This document shows positions 63,690 to 64,000 of a stretch of DNA of 64,000 bases, piece by piece; the stretch's first letter is position 1, and the number at the start of each line of letters is the position of its first letter. Source of the stretch: an uncultured virus (IMG/VR IMGVR_UViG_3300020577_009925) (taxonomy: Duplodnaviria > Heunggongvirae > Uroviricota > Caudoviricetes); IMG/VR virus record IMGVR_UViG_3300020577_009925; one strand, 5' to 3'. A model generated the notes under the pieces. The model saw only the letters and a list, made by a program, of their open reading frames with translations, was not told the origin of the DNA and ran no database searches. The position numbers and the translations under genes were made by a program.

Positions 63690-63694
63690 TCACG

Positions 63695-64000
63695 CTACCA
63701 GTCAATGTTGATTAGATACTCACCGGCTTCGAGCTTGCCCTGAGCGTGCAGGTCATTGGCCACCATCTCTAACATCGGATAGTAGTTCCGCTGCCAAAAT
63801 ATGGCAACCTGCCAATCCTCAAGGCCTTCCCCGACACTGGCCGGGTCGCAGTTTTTCCAAACGTCAAACTTCACACCCATTTCATCGCCATTAACTTCGA
63901 TTGGAATCGACTCATTCTCGTAGTCTTCGGCATCGGGGCATGGAACCGTCAGAGTCACCGTCCCTCGCTGTTTACATCCATCTTGCTGCTGCAACGCGTA
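63695..64000 (-). CDS. Hypothetical protein, probably 5'-truncated by the window end
   Basis: Open to the window edge; C-terminal GEYLINIDW. Confidence 0.5.
   Translation of the reverse strand, partial: YALQQQDGCKQRGTVTLTVPCPDAEDYENESIPIEVNGDEMGVKFDVWKNCDPASVGEGLEDWQVAIFWQRNYYPMLEMVANDLHAQGKLEAGEYLINIDW

Noticed and set aside
1..64000. Genome-wide TAG or TGA recoding
   Set aside because: Long genes are intact in the standard code, and TAG ends many genes right before terminators or downstream starts. Only one suspicious internal TAG was seen.
1..64000. tRNA, rRNA, portal, terminase large subunit, integrase
   Set aside because: No recognisable motifs in this window. 40226..42592 could not be assigned as portal.

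Overview
A 64-kb segment of a large contractile-tailed (myovirus-like, probably jumbo) dsDNA phage. Almost all genes are on the minus strand. From right to left it holds five blocks. (1) An early/accessory region (~49.8-64 kb) of small ORFs, two DNA methyltransferases, a MazG-like pyrophosphohydrolase, a BCS1-like AAA ATPase and a GT25 glycosyltransferase. (2) A head module (~25.8-49.7 kb) with a stand-alone, intein-containing C-terminal half of an RNA polymerase beta' subunit, Gly/Ala-rich internal-virion-like proteins, a kinase/hydrolase/Nudix multidomain protein, an intein-containing prohead protease, a scaffold, a decoration protein and the major capsid protein. (3) A putative lysis cassette (~20.7-25.7 kb) built around an intein-interrupted papain-like protease and interrupted by a tnpB-only IS607-like element. 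(4) Neck, tail sheath and tail tube genes (~12.3-19.6 kb). (5) Tail fibre/adhesin genes (<1-12.1 kb), including a 1499-aa protein with about 46 LRR-like repeats. Several protein signatures suggest a Planctomycetota host (inference). The most striking unexplained signal is a 16-17 bp pseudo-palindrome, YGAGACAGCGCTGTCGC. It has 11 perfect-core copies plus one 1-mismatch copy, sits in two reading frames of unrelated genes and in intergenic gaps, and recurs every 3-8 kb from 16 kb onward. A second strong signal is a K-x-A motif that is dense in head proteins and falls at the domain boundaries of the 1431-aa protein, suggesting a protease-processed virion polyprotein. All product calls come from motif reading only; no database searches were run.
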